Shown: positions 27,588 through 37,526 of the stretch, one piece after another
How the letters are laid out: the number at the start of each line of letters is the position of its first letter
Numbering within the stretch: the first letter of the stretch is position 1
DNA from: an uncultured Actinomycetota bacterium
GTDB lineage: Bacteria; Actinomycetota; Humimicrobiia; Humimicrobiales; Humimicrobiaceae
Direction: 5' to 3'
Length of the DNA stretch: 64,000 nucleotides
Assembly: GCA_964603595.1 (NCBI GenBank)
Contig: CAZRVN010000004.1
Coordinates: 12,680 to 76,679 of the forward strand
Notes under the pieces: generated by a model
Told to the model about the DNA's origin: nothing
Seen by the model: the letters and a program-made list of their open reading frames with translations, nothing else
Databases searched by the model: none
Position numbers and translations under genes: made by a program

Positions 27588-30500
27588 TTGAACCAGGATA
27601 GAAATTCAAAATATTATTTAAATAAAAATAACCAATTTGTTATAAAAAACTATAATAGGATAGCACCTTTTTCAAGTTTTTTACCTGCAATTTCGGGTTT
27701 ATATGGTAAACCAATGTGGGTTTTTTATGTTAACAGAGGACAGTGCATAGTATCAGCCGGAATTAATAATAAAAATTATTCAATAATGGAATTTCTCCCT
27801 GCTGACAAAGCATACCGGCAGGTTTCTTTAAATGGTTTTAGAACATTTTTAAAAATAAGAAATGGCAAAAAGACTTCTTATTACGAACCCTTCCAGAATA
27901 ATTCCTATTTTAATAATGTTTACAAAATCTCTCGCAACATGATGTATATCACTTCATATGACCTTAAATTAGAAGAGATAAATGAAACTCTTGGTTTAAA
28001 AGTTGAAATAATGTATTGCACCCTGCCTAATGAGAAACTAAGTAGCCTTATAAGAAGCACCCGTATAACAAATATCTCGGACAAATCCATAGATATTGAA
28101 CTAATAGATGGTCTTCCAATAATAATTCCTTATTATCTTACTGACTATAACCTGAAGAATGAAAGTAACCTTAGGCAGGCCTGGGCACGTGTAGAAAACT
28201 ATAAGACAATACCTTTTTATAAGATTAAAGTACTTCCCTACGATACCCCTGAAATAATTCATGTTGAAGGAGGTAATTTTTTCCTTAATTTTAATTTTAA
28301 TAAACATAACAAGATTACTTTTTCAAAAATAATTATAGAGCCCCGTATTGTTTTCAATAATGTTACAGATTTTTTATACCCGGAGAACTTTATCAGTGAA
28401 AATTTCAGAATTCCCAAAGAGCAGGTTAATGAAGGAGCTATGCCATGTGGCTTCGGGTATCAAAAAATAATACTTGGAGCAAATGACTCAAAGGCAACTT
28501 ATACATTACTGGGTAATAGTGATAAATATGAAAAATTAAAGAAATTCGTAAATAATATTCTAAATAAAAAATATATCATAGATAAAATCGAAGAGAACAA
28601 AAAAATAATAGAAAGCCTTAAGAACCCTATTTTTTGTCTTAGCAGCAAAATACAATTTGACCTCTACTGCGGACAGACATTTATGGATAATTTTATAAGA
28701 GGCGGCTACCCGATACAGCTTGGTAATAAAAAGCACATCTTCTATGTTTACTCAAGAAAACATGGCGACCTTGAGAGAGAATATAATTTCTTTCAGGTAG
28801 ATTCAACAAATTTTTCCCAGGGCAATTCAAATTTCAGAGATGTCTGTCAGAACAGGCGAAATGATGTTTTTTTCTTTCCCTATGCAAACTATACAAATAT
28901 AAAGATTTTCTTTAACCTTATCCAGCTGGACGGTTTTAACCCTCTTGCACTTAAAGGGTCCGTTTTTAGTATCGGAGACACTAAAAAATTAGAAAAGATT
29001 ATTAGTAAATATATTCATAAAATTCGCATTAAACCTTTAAATAAATTTTTTAATTCAACATTTACCCCCGGGAGTCTTTTAAGTTTTATTGATTCAAATG
29101 AAATTTTCCTGGCTAAAGGTACGCTTAGTGAGTTCTTAAATAAAATCTTAAGCATCAGTGATAAAGAAGACATAGCAGAGTTTCAGGAAGGATGCTGGAT
29201 AGACCACTGGACATATAATACCGACCTTATTGAGCAATATATATCAGTTTTCCCTGATAAAATAATAGATTTGCTGCTGGATAGGAAAGAATTTTCATAT
29301 TTTGATTCCTCTGAGTTTGTTAAACCAAGAAATCAGAAATATATCCTCACAGAAAATGGGGTAAGACAGCTTAGATCACTGGTAAAAATACCTGAAAAGA
29401 TAGAAATGATAAAAAAAAGGATTAAAGATCCCAATAAAGTACATACAAATCTAGGTAAGGGTGATGTTTACAGATGTTCTCTGTTATCAAAGATAATCTG
29501 TATTATTGTAAATAAAATAGCATCACTTGACCCCCGGGGTGTCGGTATTGAGATGGAAGCTGATAAACCCGGCTGGTGTGATGCATTAAATGGACTTCCC
29601 GGAATAATGGGTTCATCCATTAATGAAAGCGCAGAATTAAAAAGGTTATCACTCCTACTGCTGGGTATTTTTAATTTATATAAAATAAATAAAAGTACAA
29701 AAATTAAAGTAGCTGAAGAAGTATTTTTATTCTTCAGGAAGGTAGAAAGCTTACTTGGTAAAAAAATGGGTGAATATGAGTATTGGGACCTTAGCCATAG
29801 TGCCAAAGAAAATTTCCGTTATAATACAATATTCGGTATTTCCGGAAAAGAAAAAGAGATAGATATTGGTACGCTTATTACATTTCTGAATTCAGTTGTA
29901 GCAAAAATTAACCGTGGTTTAGAGAAAGCCTATAACAATAAAAGTGGAGTATATTATACCTATTTTATAAATGAAGTAGTTGATTATAAACTAATAAGAG
30001 ATAAAAATAATAATCCACTAAAAAATGAAGCTGGGCATCCATACATAAAACCATTGAAGCTTAAGCAAAGGCCTATCCCCTACTTCCTGGAAGGACCGGT
30101 ACATATTCTACGGATAGAAAAAGATATTAAAAAAGCAAAAAAGCTTTATCATTCTATAAAAAATACAGGACTATATGATAAGAAGCTGGAAATGTACCTG
30201 GTTAATGATTACATAATGGATGAGACATATGAGATCGGGAGGCAAAATATATTCCCCAGAGGCTGGCTTGAAAATGAATCAGTTTTTTTACACATGGAAT
30301 ACAAATATTTGCTGGAACTTTTAAGATGCGGCTTATATGATGAATTTTTTCATGATTTTAAAAAGATTCTTGTCCCCTTTCTAAATCCTGAGATTTATGG
30401 TAGAAGCATACTTGAAAACTCAACATTTATTGTTAGCACTTCGCATCAAGATAAAAAAATCCATGGAAAAGGATATGTATCAAGACTATCCGGATCTGCA

Positions 30501-30899
30501 ACAGAGTTTCTCAGTATGTGGGTTTTAATGGTAACAGGTAAAAATCCATTTTTCCTTGATAAGAAAGGTAAATTATGCCTGGAATTTAAACCTATCCTCC
30601 CGGGATGGCTTTTTACCGAAAAACCTGAAAGTGCCGTTTTTTATAAAGATATGAAGCAGAAAACAATATCATTACCCGAGAATGCTTTTGCGTTTAACTT
30701 CTTAGGCAGGATGCTTACCATCTACCATAACAGGGGAAGAAAGAACACTTTTGGTAAAGAAAAAGCTTCTATAAGCCAGATTGTACTTTATAAATCAGGC
30801 AAGGAAGTTGTTAATATTAAGGGTAGCGTAATCCCGATGCCCTATTCATTACATATACGTGATGGAATTATAGATAAAATTGATGTGTTTATGAAATAA
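27588..30899 (+). CDS. Probable beta-1,3-glucan phosphorylase, GH161-type
   Basis: ~1100 aa; N-terminus FSSFLPAISGLYGKPMWVFYVNRGQ...IMEF.PAD.AY, YSRKHGDLEREYN, GNSNFRDVCQNRR, KPGWCDALNGLPG, GWLENES.F.HMEYKY, RLSGSATEF, matching my recollection of GH161 (PapP-like); adjacent GH16. Confidence 0.75.
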   Translation: MNQDRNSKYYLNKNNQFVIKNYNRIAPFSSFLPAISGLYGKPMWVFYVNRGQCIVSAGINNKNYSIMEFLPADKAYRQVSLNGFRTFLKIRNGKKTSYYEPFQNNSYFNNVYKISRNMMYITSYDLKLEEINETLGLKVEIMYCTLPNEKLSSLIRSTRITNISDKSIDIELIDGLPIIIPYYLTDYNLKNESNLRQAWARVENYKTIPFYKIKVLPYDTPEIIHVEGGNFFLNFNFNKHNKITFSKIIIEPRIVFNNVTDFLYPENFISENFRIPKEQVNEGAMPCGFGYQKIILGANDSKATYTLLGNSDKYEKLKKFVNNILNKKYIIDKIEENKKIIESLKNPIFCLSSKIQFDLYCGQTFMDNFIRGGYPIQLGNKKHIFYVYSRKHGDLEREYNFFQVDSTNFSQGNSNFRDVCQNRRNDVFFFPYANYTNIKIFFNLIQLDGFNPLALKGSVFSIGDTKKLEKIISKYIHKIRIKPLNKFFNSTFTPGSLLSFIDSNEIFLAKGTLSEFLNKILSISDKEDIAEFQEGCWIDHWTYNTDLIEQYISVFPDKIIDLLLDRKEFSYFDSSEFVKPRNQKYILTENGVRQLRSLVKIPEKIEMIKKRIKDPNKVHTNLGKGDVYRCSLLSKIICIIVNKIASLDPRGVGIEMEADKPGWCDALNGLPGIMGSSINESAELKRLSLLLLGIFNLYKINKSTKIKVAEEVFLFFRKVESLLGKKMGEYEYWDLSHSAKENFRYNTIFGISGKEKEIDIGTLITFLNSVVAKINRGLEKAYNNKSGVYYTYFINEVVDYKLIRDKNNNPLKNEAGHPYIKPLKLKQRPIPYFLEGPVHILRIEKDIKKAKKLYHSIKNTGLYDKKLEMYLVNDYIMDETYEIGRQNIFPRGWLENESVFLHMEYKYLLELLRCGLYDEFFHDFKKILVPFLNPEIYGRSILENSTFIVSTSHQDKKIHGKGYVSRLSGSATEFLSMWVLMVTGKNPFFLDKKGKLCLEFKPILPGWLFTEKPESAVFYKDMKQKTISLPENAFAFNFLGRMLTIYHNRGRKNTFGKEKASISQIVLYKSGKEVVNIKGSVIPMPYSLHIRDGIIDKIDVFMK

Positions 30900-30911
30900 T
30901 TAAGCTGAATT

Positions 30912-32282
30912 ATGAATAAAAATATTAGTCTTAAAATATTTATTTTTCTATTTTTAATCTCTATTATTTTTTCAGGATGCTCCTTAGAATCAGTTATCAA
31001 TGGAGATGAAATCACAACACCATTTTCCATAGAGGAAGAATCCGGAGATGATGAACTCCCTAAAAATATTATTATAAATAGTGATTTTAGCAAGTCAGAT
31101 TTAAATGACTGGGATCTTTTTTTAGGTGCCAGTGGAGATGCTTCTATTAAGGTAATTGATAACGAATTATTTGTCGATATTATAAAAGGAGGAAATGAAC
31201 GCTGGCATGTGCAGCTAAGACAACTAAATCATCCAATTAAAAAGGATGCCAGATATGTTGTGTCTTTTGATGCTAGAGCCATGGAACCAAGGAGAATCGA
31301 GAGTCAGGTAGGAAAAAATTCCGAACCATGGACCGCCTATTCAGAAGAAGAAGTATTTGAAATTACAACCGATATGCAAACTTATACTTATGAGTTCGTA
31401 ATGACTAATGAATCTGACCCCGAGGGAAGATTTTTAATTGACTTTGGAGGAAGCAATATCGGTGTTTATATTGACAATATATTTGTATGGCAAAAAACCC
31501 CCGGTGAGGAACCTTTTATTGTTACTGAAGAAGATGCCATTTCCGAACAAATTCCTGAACCCGTATATCATGATTGGAAACTTGTATGGAGTGAAGATTT
31601 TGATGGAGCTGAGGTTAATCAGAATAACTGGAGTTTTGATATAGGAACAGGAAATAATGGCTGGGGCAATAACGAACTTCAATACTATACTGATAGACCT
31701 GAGAATATCAGGATAGAAGATGGTATTCTCATAATTGAAGCCCGTAAAGAAAACTATAAAGGCAGTAATTATACATCTGCAAGAATAAAAACAGAGAATA
31801 AACAATTCTGGACTTATGGAAAGATTGAAGCAAGAATAAAACTTCTACAGGGAAAAGGAATATGGCCTGCTTTCTGGATGCTGGGGGAATCATTTGGTAC
31901 TATAAGCTGGCCTTACTGCGGAGAAATCGATATTATGGAAATGATTGGCGGAGGTGTAAACGATAGTATCTGTCATGGCACAATACACTGGGATAAAAAT
32001 GGCTGGACCTACTCAGGTGGAAATACAACCCTTTCAACCGGCATTTTTTCAGATGATTATCATACTTTTAGCATAGAATGGGATCAAGAAACTATCCGAT
32101 GGTTTCTTGATGGTATACAATATCATGCTGAAAATATTAATCATGAACATCAATCTGAGCTACATGATAATTTCTTTATAATCTTAAATTGCGCCGTAGG
32201 AGGTAACTGGCCTGGTAGTCCGTCACAATCTACAATATTTCCCCAGAAAATGTATGTAGATTGGGTAAGAGTTTATCAATAG
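30912..32282 (+). CDS. GH16 laminarinase-type lipoprotein with N-terminal CBM4-like module
   Basis: Lipobox FSGC; WGNNELQYY, YGKIEARIKL, WPAFWMLG, GEIDIME catalytic motif, GGNWPG. Confidence 0.92.
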   Translation: MNKNISLKIFIFLFLISIIFSGCSLESVINGDEITTPFSIEEESGDDELPKNIIINSDFSKSDLNDWDLFLGASGDASIKVIDNELFVDIIKGGNERWHVQLRQLNHPIKKDARYVVSFDARAMEPRRIESQVGKNSEPWTAYSEEEVFEITTDMQTYTYEFVMTNESDPEGRFLIDFGGSNIGVYIDNIFVWQKTPGEEPFIVTEEDAISEQIPEPVYHDWKLVWSEDFDGAEVNQNNWSFDIGTGNNGWGNNELQYYTDRPENIRIEDGILIIEARKENYKGSNYTSARIKTENKQFWTYGKIEARIKLLQGKGIWPAFWMLGESFGTISWPYCGEIDIMEMIGGGVNDSICHGTIHWDKNGWTYSGGNTTLSTGIFSDDYHTFSIEWDQETIRWFLDGIQYHAENINHEHQSELHDNFFIILNCAVGGNWPGSPSQSTIFPQKMYVDWVRVYQ

Positions 32283-32346
32283 TCCCCGCTTTCCCAAAAT
32301 AAATTTTTTATTTCATCATAAATTACTTTAAGAGCTGTACTTACAT

Positions 32347-33390
32347 TTACAATTCTCCAAGTATACCATCCAGGCTGGCCTCCGCATATGCTATGCTGGT
32401 ATCGGCAGCACCGTAGTATATCTTTACAATGCCATCTTCATATAAAACCCCACAGGAAAAAACCACACCGTCCAGAAAGCCACTTAGCTCATAATCTTTT
32501 TCGGGTTTGACCAGAGGAGCTTTACTCCTTGCTAATACTTCCCATGGTTTTTTACCATCAAGGAGCACTGCTCCAAGGCAGTATTGATTGTACTCTGAAG
32601 CACCATGATAAATCTCAAGCCATCCCTCCTTTATCCTGAAGGGAACAGCTCCTGCACCTATCTTTGTATTATCCCAATATTTTTCTCTGGGACCCATTAA
32701 CCTCCTGTGACCACCCCAGAAAAAAAGATCAACTGATTCAGATATCCAAATATCCTTTGTCCTAAATTCAGTAGATGAAGGGCGGTTTAATGCATAATAC
32801 CTGCCTCTTATTTTTTCAGGAAAGATACAAACATCCTTATTATCAGGCATAAAAATTACACCGCTCCTTTTAAATTCTTTAAAATCAGAAGTAGTAGCCA
32901 GGCAGGTAGTTATTCCCGTTACATCCGATACTGCAATGTAACTTATATAATATATTCCATCAATCAGGGTAATTCTCGGGTCTTCTATGCCAAAACTTTC
33001 ATATCTGTTTTCAGGGAACAGAGCTGGCTTTTTATCTATATTAAAATCAATTCCATTTTTGCTTCTTGCAACCCTTAAATGAGAAATTGAGGTAAGATAG
33101 TTACCTGAAATTGTCCTTAAAAATCTCGGGTCATGAAAGTCAATTGAAGGGTCGGTTTTACTAAATTCTTTTATAGAAATATCGCCTTTTTCTAAATCAA
33201 GCAGGGGTAATAGTATCTTATTCTCATTGTCATTAAGCGGTTCTTCGGCAACTCTTAAAAGAAGTAAAACCTCCCCGCCAAATTTTGCAACGCCACAGTT
33301 AAAAACACCTGCAACTTTAAAATCACTCCTTGTTGGCTTTATATCATCCGGAGTTATTATTGGATTTTTTTCTGACCTTGATATATCCAT
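32347..33390 (-). CDS. GH130 glycoside phosphorylase, beta-1,2-mannoside phosphorylase-like
   Basis: NPIITP, GVFNCGV, LLLRVAE, FHDPR, YLTSISHLR, GIEDPRIT, NKDVCIFPEKI, LNRP, IYHG, VVFSCG, YYGAADT. Confidence 0.85.
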   Translation of the reverse strand: MDISRSEKNPIITPDDIKPTRSDFKVAGVFNCGVAKFGGEVLLLLRVAEEPLNDNENKILLPLLDLEKGDISIKEFSKTDPSIDFHDPRFLRTISGNYLTSISHLRVARSKNGIDFNIDKKPALFPENRYESFGIEDPRITLIDGIYYISYIAVSDVTGITTCLATTSDFKEFKRSGVIFMPDNKDVCIFPEKIRGRYYALNRPSSTEFRTKDIWISESVDLFFWGGHRRLMGPREKYWDNTKIGAGAVPFRIKEGWLEIYHGASEYNQYCLGAVLLDGKKPWEVLARSKAPLVKPEKDYELSGFLDGVVFSCGVLYEDGIVKIYYGAADTSIAYAEASLDGILGEL

Positions 33391-33533
33391 GTATTAATAT
33401 TATCACATAATTTTATAATCAAGAATATCCGCTTCAAAGAATTATTTATGGCTTTATATAATCACAGAAGATGGCTTAAACTTTTGATATTTTACTTAAG
33501 ATTTTAAAAATAATTTCATAAAAAATAAGTTAT

Positions 33534-34535
33534 TTAATAAAGCCACTTGCCAATCCCCAATCTATCAGCAGCAATAAATGCCATTAAAAAACATATACTT
33601 GACTCAGCTCCCTGGTTTAAATTAACTCCTTCAGGTGTCAGCCCATCATGACAGGCAAAATTGTTGTCTACGAGAGAAGTGCCCTTTATATTATAACCAA
33701 AGAACCACCTGTACCATTTTTCAGCCCAGCTTCTATAAAAATCATTTTTTGTTGCAAAGTATGCTTTTTCAAGACAGCAAACCATGTAAGCCGGGTCAAT
33801 CGGCTGCTGGTCGTAAATTGCTTTTTTCTTACCCTTAAAATACCATCCATTATTTCCTACTGGAGCAGGGATATTATCCTGCTGGCATTTCTCTATTAAA
33901 AAATTAGTTGTCCTTTCTGCAATCTCCAGGCTTGTTTTACAATTTCTTTTCAAATAAGTTTCCCATAGTGCCCAGGGTATAATAGCATTTGCATACGTTA
34001 GATTACTTTCAAACCATACCCAGCTCTTATAGGAATTTTTAAAATATAAATTATGCAATTTTTTTCTCAGTTCTTTTTCCAGAACATTGGAACGGCTTAG
34101 ATTTAATAAGCCCATTAACGCTGCAGCTATTGTTCTTGGTGAATCCCAGTTATGAGCCTCCTTCATCAGCTCCCATATAATTCTGTTAATATCATGATTA
34201 CGGTCTTTTATATTCAAAAGGGCCCACAGAGTTAAACCGTAGGCTTCCTCAGGATTCGGCTTTGAATTTATTTCGCTATTCCTGAATAATTCCCTGCCAT
34301 CATTTTCATAAAAAAAATGGTAAAGCAAGCCATCTTCCCTCCGGGCTTTCAGTATAAAATTTAAATAAATATCCCTTAAGCTACTATCCCCGAGCTCACT
34401 AGTAACTATAAGAGCCCTTGCCTGGTCTTCCAGGGCATAACCAAATTCCGGCTTGGGTCCGCTTAACTTCCCATGCTGATAAATACCTTTATCTGAAGTC
34501 ATGGATTTTATTTTTTTTAGCGGGTCAACAGTCAT
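33534..34535 (-). CDS. Glycosyltransferase-associated (alpha/alpha)-barrel-like protein
   Basis: YALEDQARAL, WFESNLTYANA, PVGNNGW, YDQQPID, WFFGYN, CHDGL...NLNQGAES; resembles the C-terminal half of long GT4 fusion proteins. Confidence 0.65.
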   Translation of the reverse strand: MTVDPLKKIKSMTSDKGIYQHGKLSGPKPEFGYALEDQARALIVTSELGDSSLRDIYLNFILKARREDGLLYHFFYENDGRELFRNSEINSKPNPEEAYGLTLWALLNIKDRNHDINRIIWELMKEAHNWDSPRTIAAALMGLLNLSRSNVLEKELRKKLHNLYFKNSYKSWVWFESNLTYANAIIPWALWETYLKRNCKTSLEIAERTTNFLIEKCQQDNIPAPVGNNGWYFKGKKKAIYDQQPIDPAYMVCCLEKAYFATKNDFYRSWAEKWYRWFFGYNIKGTSLVDNNFACHDGLTPEGVNLNQGAESSICFLMAFIAADRLGIGKWLY

Positions 34536-34621
34536 GGTATTTCTTTCTTTTTTTATTATATAAAAACAACTCTCAGATATTTATAATAAGAGATCTTTTT
34601 AAATTAATTTATTCTGAAGAG

Positions 34622-35812
34622 CTAAACGCCCCCATGTTTTCCAAGAACCCTGTTAAACAATTGAAAATGTTGCAGGGCTACATTGGGCCAGGTCATCAAT
34701 TTTCCAAATTCTAATGCTTCTCTTTCAATTCTTAATTTCTTTTCCGGATTCTTACACATATCTACTACAGCATCGGCTATGGCCCTGGAATTGCGGAAGG
34801 GTACAATCACACCCCTGCCATCCGCCAAAATTTCTTTTGCGTATATATATGGAGTTGATATGCACGCTTTACCCGCTCCTATTGCATACGCCAGGGCACC
34901 GGAAGCGGATTGCTGCGGGTCCAGATACGGTGTTATATATATATCAATAGCTTTTAGCCACCTGACAAGTTCATCCAGAGACATATACTTATTTATAAAC
35001 TTAACATTTTCTTCTAGACCAAGCTCTTCTGTCTTTTTTTTTAAAAAATTCCTATATTTTTCACCATCTACTTTCATTACAACCGGATGCGTCTGTCCAA
35101 TTATAAGATACAGGACATCAGGAAATTGCTTTTTAATTAATTCCAGTGCTTCTATTATGTATTCAAGTCCCTTAACATCCGATAATAGATTTATATTCCC
35201 GAGTATTATTTTATCTTCCAGTCCCTTCTCTTCTTTATATCTTTCAATGGGTCCCATGAGTATATAAGGGACACCATGGGGAATTAATTCAATATTTTCT
35301 TCAGGATAATTATATTTCCTTGCCAGTTTCCGTATGCTCTCCGGCATCATAACTATTATATTGTCAGCAAACTCAATAATATCCTTTAAAGCTGCTCCAT
35401 ATCCTTTGCCTGGATCATCAGGAATTGTATGGGCAGTAATAATCAGCGGTTTTTTAATAAGCTTGACCAGCTCATTTATGTATTCTCCAAACATACCACC
35501 ATACAGGCCAAACTCATGTTCAAGAACAACTACATCTGCCCTGGATTTATTAATATGTCTAGCAGCTTTTTTATAGGAATTAGCATCATGCTGGTTAATC
35601 TCAAAAATAACCTTTGGCGGGTAATCAATCCCATCTTCCGGCTTATTCATAGCTACAATTCTTGATTCACAATGAGGAATAATAAGGTCCAGAGCACTGG
35701 TTAAATCTCTTGTGTATGTTGCAATTCCACACTTTCTTGGAATAAAAGAAGATATAAATATACTATCCACCCCCCTGAATTTTTTTCTTAAGGCCTTCTT
35801 GAGCTTTCCCAA
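34622..35812 (-). CDS. GT4 glycosyltransferase
   Basis: SFIPRKCGIATYT, EHEFGLYGG, IPHGVP, KGLEY, TPYLDPQQSASGALAYAIGAGKACISTPY, VPFRNS. Confidence 0.88.
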   Translation of the reverse strand: MGKLKKALRKKFRGVDSIFISSFIPRKCGIATYTRDLTSALDLIIPHCESRIVAMNKPEDGIDYPPKVIFEINQHDANSYKKAARHINKSRADVVVLEHEFGLYGGMFGEYINELVKLIKKPLIITAHTIPDDPGKGYGAALKDIIEFADNIIVMMPESIRKLARKYNYPEENIELIPHGVPYILMGPIERYKEEKGLEDKIILGNINLLSDVKGLEYIIEALELIKKQFPDVLYLIIGQTHPVVMKVDGEKYRNFLKKKTEELGLEENVKFINKYMSLDELVRWLKAIDIYITPYLDPQQSASGALAYAIGAGKACISTPYIYAKEILADGRGVIVPFRNSRAIADAVVDMCKNPEKKLRIEREALEFGKLMTWPNVALQHFQLFNRVLGKHGGV

Positions 35813-35967
35813 AATAACATCGCCTCCTTAAGTTTATTTAGGGAATAGATATTTTCCAGTAATTTAAGGATATCCCAATATTTAAGATTAGTAAGTTTAT
35901 AAATTAACTTTATAATAATATTATAAAGCTTTATATTAATTTATAAAATAGGAAAGGTTAAAAAAAT

Positions 35968-37200
35968 CTAAAAGTCAGGAGGAAAACTTATTTCCTTTCC
36001 TTTTATTTTTTTAAGTCTTGCAAATCTGTATGCACGCCTGTATTTGCTTGTAACAACTTCCCAGGATACAACTTTATTTAAATAATTTTTTAGATTTCCT
36101 GAAAGTTCTTTTCTTAAACTTTTATCACAGGCCAATCTTATAACTTTTTCTTTTAACATCTGTTTATTTGTAAATAACAGCCCCCCTTCACTCTCAAGAG
36201 TTTGAGCTGTGAGCCCTTCCAGCGGAGCCGTTGTTATATAGGGTTTTTTTAGAGCAATAATTCTTGCCAGCGTGCCTGACTGCGTTTCATCTACCGTGGG
36301 CAGAACTACAAACTTGCAAAGCGCCATCACTTTATAATAAATATCACCCCTGGGGGTAAATTCGTAATAATGTGCAATGCCCTTTTTTTCCAGAATTTCC
36401 AGGCTTTCTTTGTATTGTTTGAAATCCTCCTTATGCGCCTCGTCCCTCATGGTACCTGCCGCCAGAAGGTCCCAGTCCTCACCAGTTCTTTTTTTTATTT
36501 CTTTAAGTACCTCTTCCCATACAGAAGTTAATATATCCCATCTTTTATTTGATTGAATCCATCCTATTAATCCAACTATATTATCGCTTAGATACTTAAT
36601 TTTATCTAATTTAAGTTCTTTTCTTAATTTTTGAATACCTTTTTCACCCCAGCTCCTGTCAACCCTCGCTCCGTGAGGAATAATCATAATATTATTGGGC
36701 ATCTTCCATCCTTTCTGGGTAAAGGTCCAGTTCAGCCTCCACTTCTGGTAATCACTTTTAAATAAAACCACGTCAGAATCTTCGCATAACTGGTAAATAA
36801 AATTTTCTTCAAATTCCTTTAACCTTCCATGAACTGTATGCGGCTCCACTACAATAGGAAATTCATTTATGGAACCCAGAAATTCTATAAATCCCTGATT
36901 CTTATCCCCTATGCCCCTTTTATCCACATGTTCATACAATCCGTATTCATGCTGTATGTGTACTACATATGGTGATAGCTTTTTAATCTTTTTTGCAACC
37001 GGTCTCCACCAGAAACGGTTAGAAGTGTCTATTATCGGGTAAACCCCCCTGCCTTTTCCATCTACATGACTTATTACAAGCACTTCTCTTTCCGGGTATT
37101 CTTTTTTTATGAATTCCCTGGCTTCCTCACAAAAAGTAGCTATCCCGCATAATCTGGGAACATAACTTGAAATTAAAACTATTGGCTTGCCCCTTACCAT
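35968..37200 (-). CDS. Divergent GT4-like glycosyltransferase
   Basis: SYVPRLCGIATF, QHEYGLY, IPHGAR, QSGTLARIIALKKPYITT. Confidence 0.75.
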   Translation of the reverse strand: MVRGKPIVLISSYVPRLCGIATFCEEAREFIKKEYPEREVLVISHVDGKGRGVYPIIDTSNRFWWRPVAKKIKKLSPYVVHIQHEYGLYEHVDKRGIGDKNQGFIEFLGSINEFPIVVEPHTVHGRLKEFEENFIYQLCEDSDVVLFKSDYQKWRLNWTFTQKGWKMPNNIMIIPHGARVDRSWGEKGIQKLRKELKLDKIKYLSDNIVGLIGWIQSNKRWDILTSVWEEVLKEIKKRTGEDWDLLAAGTMRDEAHKEDFKQYKESLEILEKKGIAHYYEFTPRGDIYYKVMALCKFVVLPTVDETQSGTLARIIALKKPYITTAPLEGLTAQTLESEGGLLFTNKQMLKEKVIRLACDKSLRKELSGNLKNYLNKVVSWEVVTSKYRRAYRFARLKKIKGKEISFPPDF

Positions 37201-37431
37201 AAAAAAATCATCCTTTTAATATTTTCCTAGAAATAAAAATTTTTACCTTTCTTTTTATGAAATTTACTTACCTTTTGCAAATAATAGATACAAAACCTGC
37301 TCTTGTCAATTATTACTCTTCTTATGATGACTATGACTGTCTTCAATAAAACTTTACAATAACTAATTATTCCTTTGAGCTAATTCTATTAAAAAACCTC
37401 TTTTAAAATAAGTAAAAAAAATAGATCAAAT

Positions 37432-37483
37432 CTATTTATAAACACCTGTTACCATTTGAATAGCAACAGGTGTTTATAAATAG
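37432..37483 (-). terminator. Long hairpin, probable terminator of LCP gene
   Basis: Perfect 19-bp inverted repeat CTATTTATAAACACCTGTT / AACAGGTGTTTATAAATAG, extendable by G-U pairs on the minus strand; T-rich tract follows on the minus strand. Confidence 0.7.
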
Positions 37484-37526
37484 CTAAATGGGGCTCTGCT
37501 TCTACCCCGTATTAGATTATATTTCC

